Shown here piece by piece: positions 42,356-53,271 of a stretch of 64,000 nt of DNA. The translations under genes were made by a program, and so were the position numbers. The notes beneath the pieces are model-generated. The model was not told the origin of the DNA. It ran no database searches and saw only the letters and a program-made list of their open reading frames with translations. This DNA is from an uncultured delta proteobacterium. GTDB lineage: Bacteria; Desulfobacterota; Binatia; Binatales; Binataceae. How positions within the stretch are numbered: the stretch's first letter is position 1; every line of letters starts with the position of its first letter. The stretch lies in the NCBI GenBank assembly GCA_963724765.1, contig CAVRVY010000004.1:1568001-1632000 (forward strand), read 5' to 3'.

Positions 42356-43390
42356 TTAAAGATCCAAGACGAGCAATGACGATCGCGATCGCGCACAGCA
42401 GATCAACACGTATTCGCGTCGTTCGTGATCGTCCAGAAGATAATCGCGGTGTTCTGGCTCCCCTTCGAGGTAGCGCGTACGGCAAGTGCCACAGAGGCCG
42501 GTCTCACAGGAAGTCGCGACGTCGACGCCATGTTCGCGAAGAACCTGCACAATGGACTTATCGTCTGGAACGTTAAGGATGATACCAGAGCTTGCCAATT
42601 TGATGCGGAACCCTCGCCTGCCACCGGTGCTCGCACTTCCCTCTCGAGTCACCGTCTCAGCCGATAACGAGGTAAATAGCTCGAAGTGGACGTCGCTTTT
42701 CGGCCAATGAGTCGCCCCCGCACGCACGGCGGCGATGAATCCGGCGGGTCCACAAGCATAAAGATGAATTCCCGGGCGGTGCTCCGCAAGCAGGCGTCGA
42801 ATATTCAATCCATTCGCCGGCACACCACCGTCATAATGAAAGATGACGTTGTTGTGATCAGCTGCTAGGCTAGTGATCTCGCTCTTGAACGCTGTCCGCG
42901 CCGGGCTCCGCGTACAATAATGAAGCTGAAAAGCAGCGCCAGCGCGACGCAGTTGATAGATCATCGCCATCACAGGTGTAATCCCAATACCCCCGGCCAA
43001 GAGCAAGTGAAAGTTGGCGTCCTCATGAAGCGGAAAATTGTTGCGCGGCTGTGATATCGTCAGGATGCGTCCGACGTGGACGCGATCAAATATCGCTTTT
43101 GATCCGCCACGCCCGTCGGCTTCCCGCTGAACTGCGAACATATAGTGCGATCGCTCCATAGGGTCGTTGCAGAGCGAGTATTGGCGAACCCGGCCGTCGC
43201 GAAAAAAAACATCTATGTGCGAACCGGCGGTGAATGCGGGCAAATCCTTACCGTCCGGATCGACCACTTCATAGGCATTGATCCAGTCGGCCTGGTAAAT
43301 GATTGAGCGGACGCGCACCCGGAGGCGGTAAGCATCCGCTGATGCGGCTTGGATCGTAAGGTCGTCGGCGTGGTGATCCGAATTATTCAT
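42356..43390 (-). CDS. PDR/VanB-family Rieske reductase (FMN, NAD, 2Fe-2S)
   Basis: AGSHID, RQYSL, RGGS, PRNNF, AGGIGITP, CGP, SCETGLCGTC...CC. Confidence 0.92.
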   Translation of the reverse strand: MNNSDHHADDLTIQAASADAYRLRVRVRSIIYQADWINAYEVVDPDGKDLPAFTAGSHIDVFFRDGRVRQYSLCNDPMERSHYMFAVQREADGRGGSKAIFDRVHVGRILTISQPRNNFPLHEDANFHLLLAGGIGITPVMAMIYQLRRAGAAFQLHYCTRSPARTAFKSEITSLAADHNNVIFHYDGGVPANGLNIRRLLAEHRPGIHLYACGPAGFIAAVRAGATHWPKSDVHFELFTSLSAETVTREGSASTGGRRGFRIKLASSGIILNVPDDKSIVQVLREHGVDVATSCETGLCGTCRTRYLEGEPEHRDYLLDDHERREYVLICCARSRSSLLVLDL

Positions 43391-43449
43391 AGCTCCGCCC
43401 GGCGTTGCTAAAGGCGTCAAAGGTGTGCATAATTCACAACAATAATATT

Positions 43450-43470
43450 GAAATTAACAATTTTTGTTGC
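43450..43470 (-). promoter_or_regulatory. shared motif, copy 3 (upstream of the reductase)
   Basis: GAAATTAACAATTTTTGTTGC. Confidence 0.55.
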
Positions 43471-44065
43471 GCGAATCAACATCACCAGGCGTTGATGGAA
43501 CATGCAAAAGGAGGGGGGAAGATAGCGGATTCAGCCGATCAGTGTCCGAACGCTCGATTTTCAAATGCGTGACCTGACCGAGGATTCTTGAGCCGGCGGA
43601 AGTGAGGAAGAATCGAGACAAGGATAACAGCTGGTACGTCAATGATCCGTTGCCTCCCGATAGCAGGAATATTGTGCGATTCGACTGTCACCAGCATCCC
43701 ATCGTCGTTTGGCTTTAGCGCCAGACTCCCGTGGGACGTCGCGCTATCCTGTTATAGGAGCAGGGCCCAGCGTATGGCCGATACTTCCCCAATCGGGTTG
43801 GGGCGATGGGAATTACCGACGTCGTCCGGCACCCGATCGTCTGAACGCTTTGGCCTCGGGGTTCGACGTGGTTACCGCGCGACCCTCCATTCGCATAGGG
43901 TAGGGATCCTCATTCTCGAAACATCGTGAAATCGAAGACCGCTTGCGGATGATGCTCGGCATTCGGCGCGTTCCTTTGAACCTCAAGATCTGGTCGCTGA
44001 CGAAACTCCGCAATAGATTGAAATTTGAGTAGCGACAGCCGTCGTTACTCGAGCACTGCGTTCGG

Positions 44066-46906
44066 TCATTTCCGTCGCGCGATGTAGAATGCTTCGGGCG
44101 CCGGGCGATAAACGCGCGCCAGCCAGAGCGGACGCCGCAGCCCGCCGGGACCAGGCGCCGCGCGCGTCATCTCGAGCCATCGGCGATATACCTCGTGCGA
44201 CTTGCGCGTGTCGACGAAGATGTCGCCGTAGCGATCCTGAGGTCCCGCCGTGGCGACCGTGACTTTCTGATGCCAGCAGTGCTGGCCACTTATCGGGTCG
44301 GGCTGCACAGGGAAGATCAGGTTCTGATGCACGCCGGCGTCCTGCCACCAGATGCGGCCCGAGTCCGGGTCGGCGCTCTTAAACGGCCGCACGCCATGCA
44401 CCTGGCGCATCATCCACGTGCCCTCCTCCTTATGGCTCAGCTCGACCAGTCCGCTCGACCATCGCTCTCCGCCTTCATCCTCCTTGAGCCGCCAGCGGCC
44501 GAGATGATGCGAGCAGGCGATCACGCCCGGCCGAATCGATTCGGTCACCCAGACCTTGTCGATGAAATAGCCAATCTCGGTCGCGACCCTCAGCAGGCCG
44601 CCGGTGTCGACGCCGAAGCGCCGCGCGTCCTGCGGATTCAGCCACAGCGGATTGCGATTGGATATTTCGTATAGCCACTTGGCATTGCCGGAGCGCGTAT
44701 GTACCAGCGTCGGGAGACGAAAAGTCGGCAGCAGCAGCATCTCGCCGCGCTCCCGATCGATATTGCTCCAGTGGACCTGGCTCCTTATGTAGGTGGGAAC
44801 CGAGTACTCGGGCCATTTCCAGTCTTTCAGCGTCTTCGAATAGAACTCCAGCTTGCGCGACGGCGTGGGAAAGCCGGCGCAGGCGCGGCCGTCGATCTCG
44901 ACTCCGACCGCAGCCCCGCCGCGCGTGATGACCTTGCTCGCCGGGTCGACCGCCGCGCCTTTCAGATCGTCCGCCGAGAGCGGTTTTTCGTGAACCCGGT
45001 AGGAGCCCTCTTCGATCAGGAAGGCGCCGTACTTGCGCATGTAGGCAAGCGGCGCGAGCCCTTCCTTGGCCGCCGCCGCGGGCAGGCCGGGCACGCTGTT
45101 CTCGAAGATCCAGCGATAGAAATCCTCGACCGTCAGCTTTTCGCCCGCGCGATACGGCGACTCGAAGTACTTGCGGATACCGAGCGCGCCGTCGGGATCG
45201 ATTCTCCATGACAGCTCGATCCAGAACTCGTCCTCCTCCCAGACCTCGCCCAGGCCGGCCTCGCGATGGGCCTCGTAGGTGAAGTTGAAACGCTTGCCCG
45301 CGCGCTCCAGCGCGACCCGCGCGACCGGCTGCCGAAAGCCAATCCATCGCGCGGCGTGAGTCTCCTGGCTCAGCAGGTCATGGCGCTCCGGCCCATGGCC
45401 CATCGGCAGCACATAGTCGGCGAATTGCGCGGTCTCGCTCCAGATCGGCGTAAGACAGGCGTGCTGTTCGATTTTGCTCTCGTCGGTGAGCGCCTCGATC
45501 CAGCTCATCCCGTCGGGATTGGTCCAGACGGGATTGTAGACGCGAGTGAAGTACGTGCTTACCTTGCCGCGGCCCTCTTTCAGAAAATGCGGGAGTAGAA
45601 AACTCATCTCGAAAAACGCGAGCGGGAACTCGCGCGGCCACATCAGCTCGTTCCACATTCGTGACGGCGGCGGCATCATCGGCGGCGCCGGCACGAACTT
45701 GTTGGCGGAGTTGGGCGCGGTGCCGCCGGGTGCATCGACCGCGCCCATCAGGACCACCAGCAGCTCGAGCGCGCGCGCCACCTGCCATCCGCCCAGGTTG
45801 CCCGCCGCCGCGTTACGCCAGACGTGGGTCGCGAGCGCCGCTCCGGCGCGTCCAATCTCGCGCGCGACCTCGACGATTACCTTGGCCGGCGCGCCCGACT
45901 CGCGCTCGGCGAACTCGGGTGTGTATTGGGCATAGACCTCGCCGAGGACATCCAGGAACGTGTCGAAGGTCTGCGGGCGTTCCGGATGCTCTTCGCGCAG
46001 AAACTCCTCCCAGTTGACCCATCGGCGCACGAACTCGCGGTCGTACAGCCGCTCGCGCAGGATCACCTGGCACATGGCCAGCAGCACCGCCGCCTCGCTG
46101 CCCGGCCACGTCGACAGCCACCAGTCGGCCTTGGTCGCGGTGTTCGAAAGCCGCGTATCGATCACGCAGACCCGGGCTCCGCGCTCCTTGGCCTCGATAA
46201 TCCGCTGCGCGTGCGGATTGAAATAGTGGCCAGCCTCGAGGTGCGAGCTGAGCAGGAGAATGAAGCGGGCGTTGGCGTGGTCGGGCGACGGCCGATCGGC
46301 GCCGTGCCAGAACGCGTAGCCGGTGCGCGCGCCCGCCGAGCACACGTTCGTATGGCTGTTGTGCCCGTCGATTCCCCAGGCGTGCAGGATGCGCTGATTG
46401 TAAATCAGTTCATGGCCGGGGCGGCCGACGTGGTAGAGAATCTCGTTGCGGCGGCCATCGACCAGCGCACAGCGGATTCGCCCGGCGAGATCATCGAGCG
46501 CGTCGTCCCACGTCACGCGCTCCCACTTGCCTTCGCCGCGCCGCCCCGCACGCCGCATCGGGTAGAGGATGCGCTCGGGATCGGTGACCTGGTTGATCGT
46601 CGCGGGGCCCTTGGCGCAGTTGCGGCCGCGGCTTCCCGGATGCACCGGGTTGCCTTCGAACTTGCGGATTGTGAAGTCGCGCTTGTTGACGTATCCGAGC
46701 AGGCCACATCCGGCTTCGCAGTTGAAGCAGACGGTTGGCACCAGCGTGTAGTGCTGCTCGACCTTGCGTGGCCACGCGGCCGGGTCGTACTCGACCCAGT
46801 CGTCCCATCGTTCGGCCGGGGGAAACGCACTCAGCCCGCCGGCCGGCGCCTCGAGTTCCATCGCCGCCGGATTGAGCGGTCTCAATTCCTCTTTTGCCGC
46901 AGCCAT
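44066..46906 (-). CDS. Mo/W-bisPGD oxidoreductase catalytic subunit (DMSO reductase superfamily, no Tat signal)
   Basis: CFNCEAGC...C FeS0 motif, RILYPM.R.G.RGEGKW, HTNVCS, ETA..ADYVLP, TPSRKLEFYS. Confidence 0.9.
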   Translation of the reverse strand: MAAAKEELRPLNPAAMELEAPAGGLSAFPPAERWDDWVEYDPAAWPRKVEQHYTLVPTVCFNCEAGCGLLGYVNKRDFTIRKFEGNPVHPGSRGRNCAKGPATINQVTDPERILYPMRRAGRRGEGKWERVTWDDALDDLAGRIRCALVDGRRNEILYHVGRPGHELIYNQRILHAWGIDGHNSHTNVCSAGARTGYAFWHGADRPSPDHANARFILLLSSHLEAGHYFNPHAQRIIEAKERGARVCVIDTRLSNTATKADWWLSTWPGSEAAVLLAMCQVILRERLYDREFVRRWVNWEEFLREEHPERPQTFDTFLDVLGEVYAQYTPEFAERESGAPAKVIVEVAREIGRAGAALATHVWRNAAAGNLGGWQVARALELLVVLMGAVDAPGGTAPNSANKFVPAPPMMPPPSRMWNELMWPREFPLAFFEMSFLLPHFLKEGRGKVSTYFTRVYNPVWTNPDGMSWIEALTDESKIEQHACLTPIWSETAQFADYVLPMGHGPERHDLLSQETHAARWIGFRQPVARVALERAGKRFNFTYEAHREAGLGEVWEEDEFWIELSWRIDPDGALGIRKYFESPYRAGEKLTVEDFYRWIFENSVPGLPAAAAKEGLAPLAYMRKYGAFLIEEGSYRVHEKPLSADDLKGAAVDPASKVITRGGAAVGVEIDGRACAGFPTPSRKLEFYSKTLKDWKWPEYSVPTYIRSQVHWSNIDRERGEMLLLPTFRLPTLVHTRSGNAKWLYEISNRNPLWLNPQDARRFGVDTGGLLRVATEIGYFIDKVWVTESIRPGVIACSHHLGRWRLKEDEGGERWSSGLVELSHKEEGTWMMRQVHGVRPFKSADPDSGRIWWQDAGVHQNLIFPVQPDPISGQHCWHQKVTVATAGPQDRYGDIFVDTRKSHEVYRRWLEMTRAAPGPGGLRRPLWLARVYRPAPEAFYIARRK

Positions 46907-46915
46907 CGTCGGATA

Positions 46916-47887
46916 CTAACTGAGCGGCACGGCCTGGCCGGCCTCTATCCACAGGTTCTCGAAGACCCATAGGCCGGCCAACGCGAGCATCGCCGCGCCG
47001 GCCGCCGGCGCGCCACCGCCTGTGCGCAGCGTCGTGCCGAGCAGAATCAGTGGAACGATCGTGCCGATCAAAACCACTCCGATCCAGAAGCGAAAGCTCA
47101 GGTCCCCGCGCGAGATGAGATCGGCGGCGCGCCTGAAGTCCTCGCTCATGGCGGGCAGCGTCAGCTCGATCAGGATCATCGCCAGGCCGACCGTCAGCGC
47201 TGCGAGCAGAACTCGCGCGGTCGCAAGAATCGTGGCGGGCCCCGCGCTGAACACCACCGCGGCGATTATCAACAACGCCGCACCGCCGATCAGCGCCTGC
47301 ACCAGCAGATGCCAGATGAAGACCGGGCTCTGCCACAAATCGCGCGCCTTGGCTTGCGCGAACAGAAAAGCGGAGTAGCACGCGGAGCCGATCGCGAAAA
47401 CCGCCGTCGCGACCGTCAGCGCCGAGGGAACCGAACCGGCAAACCAGGCGCAGGCGAGCCACACCGTTGCATGCGCGCCGTAAATCATCAGGATGTACGT
47501 GCCCCAGACCAGCCACGAGCGAAAGTTGGGCCTGGTGATCAAGTAGTAGAAACGCCACGGCTGCTTGAGGTCGGCGATCAGCAGCAGGACGGTGATGCCG
47601 AGGAAAAGCAGCGCAAGGATTGGGCTGACGACCCCCAGCAGCATCCCTTCTTCGGCCCCGCGCCACATTCCGAGCACCAGCGCCGCGACCATCAGCACCC
47701 CCGCCGCGATCGATTTGGTCCACAGATACGCGGCCGGGATCGCCCCCCACGGCGCCGCATGCGGGACGTCGTAAACGATGCGCGCCGAGCCGGGCGCTGC
47801 GTCGCCGGCGCTGGCGCCGGTGGCGGGACGGCCGTCGCCGAGCGGATTATGGTCGGCCCACATCGAGCTGTGCTCCGGCCGCATCAT
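46916..47887 (-). CDS. NrfD/PsrC-type membrane anchor (C-terminal part of a frameshifted FeS-NrfD fusion)
   Basis: PWG...AYLW, LLIADL..P.RF, SWL.WG, multiple TM segments, AGQ.VPLS. Confidence 0.85.
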   Translation of the reverse strand: MMRPEHSSMWADHNPLGDGRPATGASAGDAAPGSARIVYDVPHAAPWGAIPAAYLWTKSIAAGVLMVAALVLGMWRGAEEGMLLGVVSPILALLFLGITVLLLIADLKQPWRFYYLITRPNFRSWLVWGTYILMIYGAHATVWLACAWFAGSVPSALTVATAVFAIGSACYSAFLFAQAKARDLWQSPVFIWHLLVQALIGGAALLIIAAVVFSAGPATILATARVLLAALTVGLAMILIELTLPAMSEDFRRAADLISRGDLSFRFWIGVVLIGTIVPLILLGTTLRTGGGAPAAGAAMLALAGLWVFENLWIEAGQAVPLS

Positions 47888-48449
47888 CGAGGGTTGCAGC
47901 AGGTCGCCCTCGATGCCGACGTAAAAGAGCTTGGGCTGCGCGCACCTTGTGCGCCTTGCGCGTTGCGACCTTTCCGGTGGCGACGATACGGCTGACGCAG
48001 CTTTGCGGATCGTCGAGGTCGCCGGTCATGATTGCCTGCGTCGGACATACGACGACGCAGGCCGGTTCGAGATTGGCTTCGACGCGATGCGCGCAGAAGT
48101 TGCACTTGGCCGCGGTGCTGGTAGCTGGATCGATGTAAAGCGCGTCATAGGGACAGGCTTGCATGCAGGATTTGCATCCGATGCAACGGCTGTTGTCGAA
48201 ATCAACGATGCCGTTGTCGCGCTTGAACAGCGCGCTGGTTGGACAAATCTCGATGCATGGCGCCTGCTCGCAATGATTGCAGCGCATCACGCCGAAATGG
48301 CGGCTGGTGTCGGGAAAGGAGCCTTTCTCGATGTACTTGACCCAGGTGCGGAAAACGCCCACCGGGACCTTATGCTCGTCCTTGCAGGCAACCGTGCACG
48401 CATGGCATCCGATGCATCGGTCCTGGTCGATCACGAAGCCGTAACGCAC
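47847..48449 (-). CDS. 4x[4Fe-4S] electron-transfer subunit (N-terminal part of the fusion)
   Basis: CIGCHAC..AC, CNHC..APC...CP, CIGCKSC..ACPY, KCNFC, PACV..CPT. Confidence 0.9.
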   Translation of the reverse strand: MRYGFVIDQDRCIGCHACTVACKDEHKVPVGVFRTWVKYIEKGSFPDTSRHFGVMRCNHCEQAPCIEICPTSALFKRDNGIVDFDNSRCIGCKSCMQACPYDALYIDPATSTAAKCNFCAHRVEANLEPACVVVCPTQAIMTGDLDDPQSCVSRIVATGKVATRKAHKVRAAQALLRRHRGRPAATLDDAAGAQLDVGRP

Positions 48450-48700
48450 GTTGAGCCTACTTGAGCGTACATGGTTAGCCGCTTACCTGATCCGAAACGT
48501 TTTGCAAATCTGGCTCATTTGCGATCTGTCGGGGACCGCTACTGTTCTTATGGCCCGTTCAGGTGCAACCGCGTCGCCCGATTGCCGACAATGCCTAAGA
48601 AAACTTGTCGCGTCGACTTTTCAATAAGCGTCCACTGTCCACAGCTGGCGCGGAACGCCAATCTTTGTGCGATTATTCTAATATCAAAATATTGTTTCCT

Positions 48701-48742
48701 ACAATCAAAATTGTTGACTTCGCAATTCAACTATCGTAAAGA
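48701..48742 (+). promoter_or_regulatory. shared motif, copy 4, with putative sigma70 promoter
   Basis: ACAATCAAAATTGTTGACTTCGCAATT; TTGACT-17 bp-TAAAGA. Confidence 0.65.
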
Positions 48743-48929
48743 AAAATATCGCTGATTTCACCGGACTGCAAACTCATCATTTGCCGGAGAAACAGCATCG
48801 GCGCTATGAGCCCAGCGCTCTCACGCGAAGGTAGGCGTATTATGCCGTTAAGGCTCGCTATTACTGGCACAATCTGCTCAAGGCTTTGGGATGAATCAGG
48901 GCCGTCACATCCACTGTGGCACATTATGA

Positions 48930-50478
48930 GGCATTTTAGTTGGGTGAGATAGAACCGCATTTAAAACAATTCGAGCAACAGAGAACCATCAAGCAGAAGA
49001 GACAGGTAATTGTCATGGAGAAAGCCAAAACGAAGTCGCAGAAGGTACGGGAGAAGCTGACCCACCCTGTCATCGACTCCGATGGACATACGGTTGAATG
49101 TGAATCGGCGTTCCTGGAGTACCTCAAGGATGTTGGCGGCTCCGGAATGGTTGATCGCTACAAAGACACCGATATCTACGGGGCCTTTGTGGATGTTCGG
49201 GGCGATGGCTGGTACCACCTGAGTCCGGAAGATCGAATGTATGGTCGGGTTACGCGGCGAAATTGGTGGGTAGTGCCAGCAGAGAATACGTTGGATCGTG
49301 CGACCGCGAGCCTACCCAAGCTGCTGTACGAGCGCTTGCCGGAAACCGGTATCGACTTTGCCGTACTCTACACCACCCTCGGGTTGGCCTTCCCGAATAT
49401 TCCGAATGATGAACTCAGGCAAGTCTGCTGCCGAGCGCTAAACAGGTACAACTACGATATTTTCAAGGAATACTCCGACCGGCTGACGCCGTCTGCCGTT
49501 ATCCCGATGAATACTCCGCAGGAGGCGATTGCCGAACTGGAGTACGCGATCAAAGGGCTCGGGATGAAGTCGATCATGATGGCGAGCCATGCGCGGCGTC
49601 CGATCCCGATCGTGGCGGAAAAGTTCCCCGAAGCGGCGCGCTACGCGACCTGGATCGATAATTTCGTCATCGACAGCCTCTATGACTACGACCCTGTGTG
49701 GGCGAAGTGCGTCGAACTCAAAGTGTGTCCAACCCACCATTCAGGGACGATGGGTGTCGGCACGCGGGCCACGGTGACGAACTACATGTACAACCACATC
49801 GGGCACTTCGCGCAGGCTGGAGAGGGACTGGCAAAGGCGCTCTTCATGGGCGGTGTCACGCGGCGGTTCCCGACGCTAAAGTTCGCATTCCTCGAAGGCG
49901 GAGTGTCCTGGGGATGCAGTCTATACGCTGATCTGATCGGGCATTGGGAAAAGCGCAACGGCAAGCGGATCGAGACGTATAACCCAGCGAATCTCGACCG
50001 CGCACTCTATGTCGATCTGTTCAGGAAGTACGGCGGCAACAAGCTGGGCAAAGACACCATAATCGCAAGCTTGATGGAGAATTCGATACTCTACCGGAAC
50101 CTCGAAGATTCCTCGACGCTGCGCGACGAGTGGGCACCGGCGAAGATCGAGAGCTTGGAGGACTTCCGCGAGTTGTTCGTGAAGCCATTCTACTTCGGTT
50201 GCGAGGCTGACGACCCAACCAACGCCTGGGCATTCGACGCCAAACGCAACCCACTGCATTCGAAGCTAAAGCCAGTGTTCAGCTCGGATATCGGCCACTG
50301 GGACGTCCCCGATATTACCGAGGTAACCGAAGAAGCACACGAAATGGTCGAGCATGGCCTAATTAGCGAAGAAGATTTTCGCGAGTTTGTGTTCGTTAAT
50401 CCGACGCACCTGTGGACCGACATGAACCCAAACTTCTTCGACGGCACCGTAGTCGAACACGCGGTAAATAAACTCATG
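48930..50478 (+). repeat. long inverted repeat arm A (partner 56521-58070)
   Basis: Near-identical amidohydrolase gene and leader on opposite strands. Confidence 0.9.
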
Positions 50479-50517
50479 GCCTTGGCTCCTCACAATGAGT
50501 CGAAGATCAATTTATAG
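49015..50517 (+). CDS. amidohydrolase-family protein, copy A
   Basis: HPVIDSDGH, RA.N.Y, YDPVW..C.EL, FAFLEGG..W, FGCEADD, SSDIGHWD. Confidence 0.9.
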   Translation: MEKAKTKSQKVREKLTHPVIDSDGHTVECESAFLEYLKDVGGSGMVDRYKDTDIYGAFVDVRGDGWYHLSPEDRMYGRVTRRNWWVVPAENTLDRATASLPKLLYERLPETGIDFAVLYTTLGLAFPNIPNDELRQVCCRALNRYNYDIFKEYSDRLTPSAVIPMNTPQEAIAELEYAIKGLGMKSIMMASHARRPIPIVAEKFPEAARYATWIDNFVIDSLYDYDPVWAKCVELKVCPTHHSGTMGVGTRATVTNYMYNHIGHFAQAGEGLAKALFMGGVTRRFPTLKFAFLEGGVSWGCSLYADLIGHWEKRNGKRIETYNPANLDRALYVDLFRKYGGNKLGKDTIIASLMENSILYRNLEDSSTLRDEWAPAKIESLEDFRELFVKPFYFGCEADDPTNAWAFDAKRNPLHSKLKPVFSSDIGHWDVPDITEVTEEAHEMVEHGLISEEDFREFVFVNPTHLWTDMNPNFFDGTVVEHAVNKLMALAPHNESKINL

Positions 50518-50621
50518 CCGGCGGTAACGTGAACATTTATGGGTAAGCAGCGAGGTTCATCTAACGCCCGGATACAGTGTTTTCGATTCTGGTAGAAGAC
50601 AAAAAGCAGGAGTGATTCACC

Positions 50622-51482
50622 ATGGAATCGAAGCAACTCGACGTTCTCAATTCATATATCCACTACCGTGAAGAGGGATCAGGAGGCCCCATCGTCTTTC
50701 TCCACGGCAACCCCACGTCATCTTATCTTTGGCGCAACGTAATGCCGCATCTCTCTGACCAGGGGCGCTGCTTGGCTCCGGACCTGATAGGCTTCGGCCG
50801 CTCGGGTAAACCACCGATCGAGTACCGATTTGTCGACCATGCGCGGTACCTCGAGGCATGGTTCGAATCGATGGGGCTCAAGCGCGTTACCCTAGTCTTG
50901 CACGATTGGGGTGCCACGCTCGGCTGCGACTGGGCTCGACGCCATCCCGAGCGCGTCAGTGCGATTGCCTTTATGGAAGGCTTACTGCGTGAGTTTCGTT
51001 GGGACGAGTTTACCGACGAAGTGCAGATCATTTGGCCGATCAAAGACTGCCGCACTCCCGGGGTCGGTGAAAAGCTTATCATCGACGATAACCATTTCAT
51101 TGAAAAGATGTTGCCGGGTTGGACAATGCGAAAGCTCAGCGATGCTGAGATGAACGTTTATCGCGAACCATTTGTTAAGCCCGCGGACCGAAAGCCGATC
51201 TACCAATGGCCCAATGAAGTGCCGATCGAGGGAAGACCCGCCGACGTTGTGGCGGTTGTGGAAGAGAACCGGTCCTATCTAGGCTTGACTCTCGTACCGA
51301 AACTGCTGCTCACTTTCGAACCGGGTGTTTTGATAGGGCCCAAGGATGTTGAAAGGTACCGCGGCGAATTCGCCAATTTGGAGGTTCGCCCGGCTGGGAA
51401 GGGTTTGCACTACGTGCAAGAGGACGAACCGGAAACGATTGGCAGAGCGATAGCCGACTGGCGCAGACGCAAGCTCAGTTAG
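50622..51482 (+). CDS. dhaA: haloalkane dehalogenase (HLD-II / DhaA-like)
   Basis: FLHGNPTSSYLWRN, APDLIG.G.S.KP, LHDWG, AFME, GLHYVQED. Confidence 0.88.
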   Translation: MESKQLDVLNSYIHYREEGSGGPIVFLHGNPTSSYLWRNVMPHLSDQGRCLAPDLIGFGRSGKPPIEYRFVDHARYLEAWFESMGLKRVTLVLHDWGATLGCDWARRHPERVSAIAFMEGLLREFRWDEFTDEVQIIWPIKDCRTPGVGEKLIIDDNHFIEKMLPGWTMRKLSDAEMNVYREPFVKPADRKPIYQWPNEVPIEGRPADVVAVVEENRSYLGLTLVPKLLLTFEPGVLIGPKDVERYRGEFANLEVRPAGKGLHYVQEDEPETIGRAIADWRRRKLS

Positions 51483-51945
51483 AGCTCTCAGCCGATATTG
51501 CTCTTCATGGCAGCATTGGACAGAGGCGTATAAAGTGTTCCCAGCCGATGATGACCTCAGTCATGGGCGCGTTCGCTCTCGACCAGCCGGTTTGGTGATA
51601 ACCTTAGGAAATGGCGCACCAAATCGGCGGGGCTTAAGTCATCGCAAGGTGAATCTACGCCGTGTCCTTCACCGAATCGCTGAGAAAACCCCCTCGACCA
51701 AATTGCCAGTCGAGGCAGTAATGGATAAACCTTGCAGGATCATCGCGACGATCCATCATTTTTTCAGAGTCAGTTGGTACCTGTGCACCAAACATAGACG
51801 ACCCGCTTGTCTTGGGCGCGACAATTCTCGCTGCGGGCTGCAAGCGGCGACGCTCGGTCGGCTTGCACCATTGCCAGGGGTGATATGGATTCATGATTGC
51901 CCCGCCGCGCTGTGGAGCAAAACTTGGAAGAGCAGCTAGGTCATT

Positions 51946-52788
51946 GTGGAGTTTATTCAATTGTTGAGATTGATATGCGCGCTCGTGGCACTCGCGATCA
52001 GCGCCGGCTTCGTTGGATCGCTTTCCGGCCAGGGCGGAGGAGTCTTCATTGTGCCGGCACTGGTCATCTTCATGCACGTGCCGATCGAGATCGCTATCGG
52101 CGCGAGCCTCATGGCCGTGGTGGCGACGAGTGCCGGCGCGAGCGTCGCATTCGTGCGCGATGGATGGACCAATCTCAGGGTGGCAATTGTATTGGAATGC
52201 GCTACCGTCACCGGAGCAGTCGCCGGGGCTTATCTGGTCGGATTCGCGCCGCCGGGTTTGCTCGAAGCCCTCTTCGCTATGGTGATGCTCCAATCGGCGT
52301 ACTTTTCACTCCACAAGAAGGACTCGACACCGCTCTCCGGCAGCGACCCGCTTTGCGTGCGGCTGGGCCTGGATGGTCGCTTCCCGGGCGATGACGGTGT
52401 CCCGGTGCATTATGGCGTGCGCAACCTGCGCGGCGGCGCGACCCTAATGGCGATCGCGGGGCTGATGTCGGGACTGCTGGGGATCGGTTCGGGGGCGCTT
52501 AAGGTGGTCGCCATGGACCATGTGATGCTCCTGCCGCTCAAAGTGTCGAGTGCTACGAGTAACTTCATGATAGGAGTCACGGCCGGAGCCGGTGCGCTGG
52601 TGTTTCTAGCTCGCGGCGCCGTGGCGCCGATGATTGCGGCTCCGGTAGCCGTAGGAGTAACCGCGGGAGCGATCGCGGGGAGCAAGCTCCTGCCCCGCGC
52701 GAACGTGAAATGGCTGCGAATGGGATTTGTGGTGATCCTCGTGATGATCGCAATCGAAATGGGTTGGAGAGCTGTCTTCGGAGTCTAA
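51946..52788 (+). CDS. TauE/SafE-family sulfite exporter
   Basis: GSL.G.GGG..IVP, AIGASL..V.ATS, SGLLGIGSG.LKV.AMD, KVSSATSNFMIGVT. Confidence 0.88.
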   Translation: MEFIQLLRLICALVALAISAGFVGSLSGQGGGVFIVPALVIFMHVPIEIAIGASLMAVVATSAGASVAFVRDGWTNLRVAIVLECATVTGAVAGAYLVGFAPPGLLEALFAMVMLQSAYFSLHKKDSTPLSGSDPLCVRLGLDGRFPGDDGVPVHYGVRNLRGGATLMAIAGLMSGLLGIGSGALKVVAMDHVMLLPLKVSSATSNFMIGVTAGAGALVFLARGAVAPMIAAPVAVGVTAGAIAGSKLLPRANVKWLRMGFVVILVMIAIEMGWRAVFGV

Positions 52789-53270
52789 TGGCGTGTCGGA
52801 AATAAAGTTGGCGATGCGGTGCGGTGCTGCAGTTGATCGACGAGCGGTATTGGTCAAGGTAAAGGGTTTTGCGCATAGGTTACGTTCGCCAGGCAATTGA
52901 TTATGGCGCGCTCCAGTTGGGCGACGCTGGCGAAGCCGCCGCCGCGAATCCCCTGTTAGACTGATGACCCCAAACCACAGCGCTCGACGGGTTGAGCCAC
53001 GAGGTGATGGAAGGGATAAAGGACAGATGGAAGCGAGGATGAGCGGCGAGACGCGTCTGCGCCTTGGATACCTTGTGAGCGTCGTAATTGTCGCTGATCA
53101 GACGACGTTCACGGCTGAATTAGGCGGGCAAGCGAATGGAGAACGTCGATGAGCCTCCTAGTGTCGGTAGCGCCGGTGGAAGGTTCATTCACCTTCCCGT
53201 CGGCCGGCATGCACATACACCCCACGCTGCATAGACGAACAAGCCCTACAGATATTTCCGGAACGTGACG
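52787..53270 (-). pseudogene. IS630-family remnant between the TauE gene and its DUF1634 partner
   Basis: Minus strand gives LISDNYDAHK and FIPSITSWLN..ER, degenerate IS630 DDE motifs. Confidence 0.5.
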
Positions 53271-53271
53271 A

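Noticed and set aside
43490-44050. Possible decayed gene or transposase here and at 51500-51940
   Set aside because: No motif could be assigned with confidence.
44195-47750. Long overlapping ORFs (44475-45347, 45824-46972, 46491-47750)
   Set aside because: Shadow frames of very GC-rich real genes, with no recognisable motifs.
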